The notes under the pieces are model-generated. The model made no database searches. It was not told the origin of the DNA and saw only the letters and a program-made list of their open reading frames with translations. From Myxococcota bacterium (GTDB lineage Bacteria; Myxococcota_A; UBA796; CAJQPC01), in NCBI GenBank assembly GCA_036229005.1, contig JAZAMN010000028.1, positions 1 through 26,804 of the forward strand: a stretch of DNA of 26,804 nucleotides. The letters run 5' to 3'. The position numbers and the translations under genes are program-made. Shown piece after piece: positions 24,271-26,804 of this stretch; within the stretch, counting starts at the first letter, position 1, and every line of letters starts with the position of its first letter.

Positions 24271-26301
24271 ATGTCGGCACCCAAGGCCCCCCAGCGCCCC
24301 TACGTCCACCGCGAGCACGGGGTGGAGCGCCCCGACCCCTTCCACTGGATGCGGGAGCGCGAAGACCCCGAGCTGCTGCCCTACATCCAGGCCGAGAACG
24401 CCTACATGGAGGCCGGTCAGCAGCACCTCGCTGGCACCCGAGAGTCCCTGTATGCGGAGTCACTGAGCCGGGTCCAAGAGGATGACCAACAACCCCCGGT
24501 CAAGGACGGTCCCTTCTTCACCTACACCCGCACCGAGACGGGCAAGGCCTACCCGGTCTACTGCCGGAAGCCGGTGGACGGGGGCCCCGAGCAGGTGATG
24601 CTCGACCCCAACGCGCTGGAGCACGCCTACATCAGCATCGGCGCGCTGGAGACCAGCCCGGACCGGACGCGCATGGTCTACGCCATCGACACCAGCGGCG
24701 GCGAGGTCTACGACCTGGTGGTGATCGACCTGGAGAGCGGCCGGGAGCTGGACCGCCTGACGGGCACCGCCGGGAACGTGTGCTGGGGCGACGACGGGCA
24801 CCTGTACTACACCGTCCACGACGACGCCTGGCGGCCCTTTCGCCTCTTCCGGCACGCGCTGGGCGACGCCCAGGACCAGGACACCCTGCTGCACCAGGAG
24901 GACGACACCCGCTTCCGTGTGCACATCGCCCGGACCCGCAGCGACCGCTTCGTGATGGTGGGCATCCACGCCTCCAACACCGGTGAGATCCGCTGCCTGG
25001 ACGCCCAGGATCCCCAGGCCACGCTGCGCCTGCTGGTCCCCCGCCTGGAGGGCCGCGAGGTCGACCTGAGCCACCAGGGCGAGCGCTGGCTGGTGCACAC
25101 CAACGGCGAAAAGCGCGACGGCGTCCAGCAATTCCTGGAGTTCGCCCTGTTCACCGCCCCCCTGGACGCGCCCATGGAGTGGACCGAGCTGGTCCCCCAC
25201 CGCCCCGACGTGCAGCTCGTGGGGGTCCACGCCTTCGCCGAACACATCGTCCTCAGCGAGCGCAGCGGCGGCCTCAAGCAGCTCCGCGTGTTGGACCAGA
25301 GGACCGGCGCCGACTGGAAGATCCCGCTGCAGGACGACCCCGCCGTGCAGTGGATGGGGGCCAACCCCGAGTACACCCAGCGCACCCTGCGCTACGGGAG
25401 CTGCTCGCTGATCACCCCGAGCTCGGTGCTCCAGATCGACCTGGACACCCGGGAGGAGGTGCTGCTCAAGCAGACGCCGGTGCCCGGCTACGACTCCGGG
25501 GCCTACCGCTCTGAGCGGGTGTTCGTGACGGCGCCCGACGGCGCCGAGATTCCCGTCGCTCTGGTCTGGCACGAGGACACCCTGCTGCAGGACGCCCCCA
25601 CCCTGCTCTACGGCTACGGCAGCTACGGCGCGGTCATCGACCCCTGGTTCTCGGTGAGCCGGCCCAGCCTGCTGGACCGCGGGGTGGTCTACGCCGTCGC
25701 CCAGGTCCGCGGTGGCGGCGCCAAGGGCCGCGCCTGGTACGAAGACGGCAAGCTGCAGCGCAAGCAGAACAGCTTCGGCGACTTCATCGCGGTGGCCCGC
25801 TGGCTCATCGACAGCGGCCGGAGCTCCGCGGACAAGCTCGCCATCCAGGGCGGCAGCGCCGGCGGCCTGCTCATGGGCGCGGTCATCAACCAGGCCCCCG
25901 AGCTCTTCTGCGCCTGCGTGGCCCAGGTCCCCTTTGTGGACGTGGTCAGCACCATGCTGGACGAGAGCATCCCCCTGACCACCAACGAGTGGGAGGAGTG
26001 GGGCAACCCCCAGAAGCCCGAGCCCTTCCAGTGGATGCTGGCCTACTCCCCCTACGACAACGTGGCCGCCCAGGACTACCCCGCCCTGCTCGTGGTCTCC
26101 GGCATGAACGACCCCCGCGTCCAGTACTGGGAGCCCACCAAGTGGGTCGCCAAGCTGCGCGCGACCTCCACCGGGGACCGGCCCATCTTCCTCAAGACCC
26201 ACATGGGCGCCGGACACGCCGGGCAGAGCGGGCGCTACGGGCGGCTGGAGGACGCGGCGCTGGTGAATGCCTTTGTGCTGGACCGGCTGAGTCTGGCTTG
26301 A
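24271..26301 (+). CDS. ptrB: Oligopeptidase B (protease II, S9A family)
   Basis: HGVERPDPFHWMR, LLYGYGSYG, SLLDRG, VRGGG, nucleophile GGSAGG, VPFVDV, EWEEWGNP, YSPYDNV, NDPRVQYWEPTKW and AGH. Confidence 0.93.
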   Translation: MSAPKAPQRPYVHREHGVERPDPFHWMREREDPELLPYIQAENAYMEAGQQHLAGTRESLYAESLSRVQEDDQQPPVKDGPFFTYTRTETGKAYPVYCRKPVDGGPEQVMLDPNALEHAYISIGALETSPDRTRMVYAIDTSGGEVYDLVVIDLESGRELDRLTGTAGNVCWGDDGHLYYTVHDDAWRPFRLFRHALGDAQDQDTLLHQEDDTRFRVHIARTRSDRFVMVGIHASNTGEIRCLDAQDPQATLRLLVPRLEGREVDLSHQGERWLVHTNGEKRDGVQQFLEFALFTAPLDAPMEWTELVPHRPDVQLVGVHAFAEHIVLSERSGGLKQLRVLDQRTGADWKIPLQDDPAVQWMGANPEYTQRTLRYGSCSLITPSSVLQIDLDTREEVLLKQTPVPGYDSGAYRSERVFVTAPDGAEIPVALVWHEDTLLQDAPTLLYGYGSYGAVIDPWFSVSRPSLLDRGVVYAVAQVRGGGAKGRAWYEDGKLQRKQNSFGDFIAVARWLIDSGRSSADKLAIQGGSAGGLLMGAVINQAPELFCACVAQVPFVDVVSTMLDESIPLTTNEWEEWGNPQKPEPFQWMLAYSPYDNVAAQDYPALLVVSGMNDPRVQYWEPTKWVAKLRATSTGDRPIFLKTHMGAGHAGQSGRYGRLEDAALVNAFVLDRLSLA

Positions 26302-26303
26302 GG

Positions 26304-26746
26304 CCGGAGGCCAGGGTTCAGAGCTCAGGTATCAGAGCTCAGGTATCAGGTATCAGGTATCAGGTATCAGAGCTTTGGTATCGGGCCCGGGGGTCGGGGA
26401 GCCCTGGCCCCTACTGACCCCGCCGTCACGCCCCATCCCTGGCGCTCGAGCCGCCGCATCCTCCCCCGATACCTGACTCCAGATACCTGATACCCCGCTC
26501 AGGTTTCGGGTGTCAGAGCCCCGCTATCGGGCCCGGGGGTCGGGAAGCCCTGGCCCCTACAGGCCCCGCCGTCGCGCCCCATCCCCGGCGCTCGAACCGC
26601 CGCATCCTCCCCCGATACCTGACTCCAGATACCTGATACCCCCCGCTCAGGTTTCGGGTATCAGCGCCCCGCTATCGGCCCCGGCACTGCCCCCGCCGTC
26701 ACGCCCCATCCCCGGCGCTCGAACCGCCGCAGCCTCCCCCGATACC
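26304..26746. repeat. Compound repeat: in-phase heptamer array (TCAGGTA/TCAGAGC) plus ~146-148-bp units with inverted heptamer arms, ~2.5 copies
   Basis: Heptamers are in phase over 26304-26387. Unit cores start at 26379, 26525 and 26673 (third internally deleted). Reverse arms TACCTGA lie at 26463-26494 and ~26609-26640. Confidence 0.9.
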
Positions 26747-26804
26747 GTCACCCCCTACCCGGGACCCCCCCGCCGCCCCGGGCGGGCGAGCGGCGGGGCG
26801 GGCC

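Noticed and set aside
24251..24277. Small inverted repeats over the ptrB RBS and start (CCGACA/TGTCGG; ACTCCGGAGT)
   Set aside because: The stems are short enough to arise by chance at this GC content.
26379..26746. CRISPR or coding interpretation of the right-end repeats
   Set aside because: The cores are near-identical rather than unique spacers; the overlapping 25989..26417 ORF is an off-frame shadow of ptrB.
26768..26798. GC hairpin CCCCGCCGC/GCGGCGGGG at the window edge
   Set aside because: It has no U-tract and its context is truncated, so it cannot be assigned.

Overview
This is a high-GC bacterial window, probably Myxococcota-like (inferred from MopE-type Cys/Asp repeats, FG-GAP lipoproteins and a MYXO-CTERM-like tail). 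From left to right it holds: the left end of a probable IS256-family element cut by the window edge; a 31-bp tandem repeat; a cupin; wecB; many exported lipoproteins, including a MopE-repeat/7-blade FG-GAP protein; a membrane-anchored AlkP/NPP-superfamily enzyme coupled to a DUF1266-like gene; a PP2C, zinc-ribbon-FHA and LEA_2 operon; a four-gene His-rich ABC cluster pairing a LolD/MacB-type ATPase and permease with an atypical ZnuA-like binding protein; a GT-C glycosyltransferase; two tandem paralogous FG-GAP/VCBS lipoproteins with duplicated sigma70-like promoters; oligopeptidase B; and a ~146-bp repeated element with heptamer inverted arms. The most unusual signals are (i) nine lipoproteins with ultra-short signal peptides lacking a charged n-region, (ii) the hybrid metal ABC cluster, (iii) a 34-aa micro-lipoprotein and recurrent D-T/S-G motifs near a GT-C enzyme, and (iv) the two non-coding repeat systems at the window ends. 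All family assignments come from motif recognition by eye; no database searches were run.
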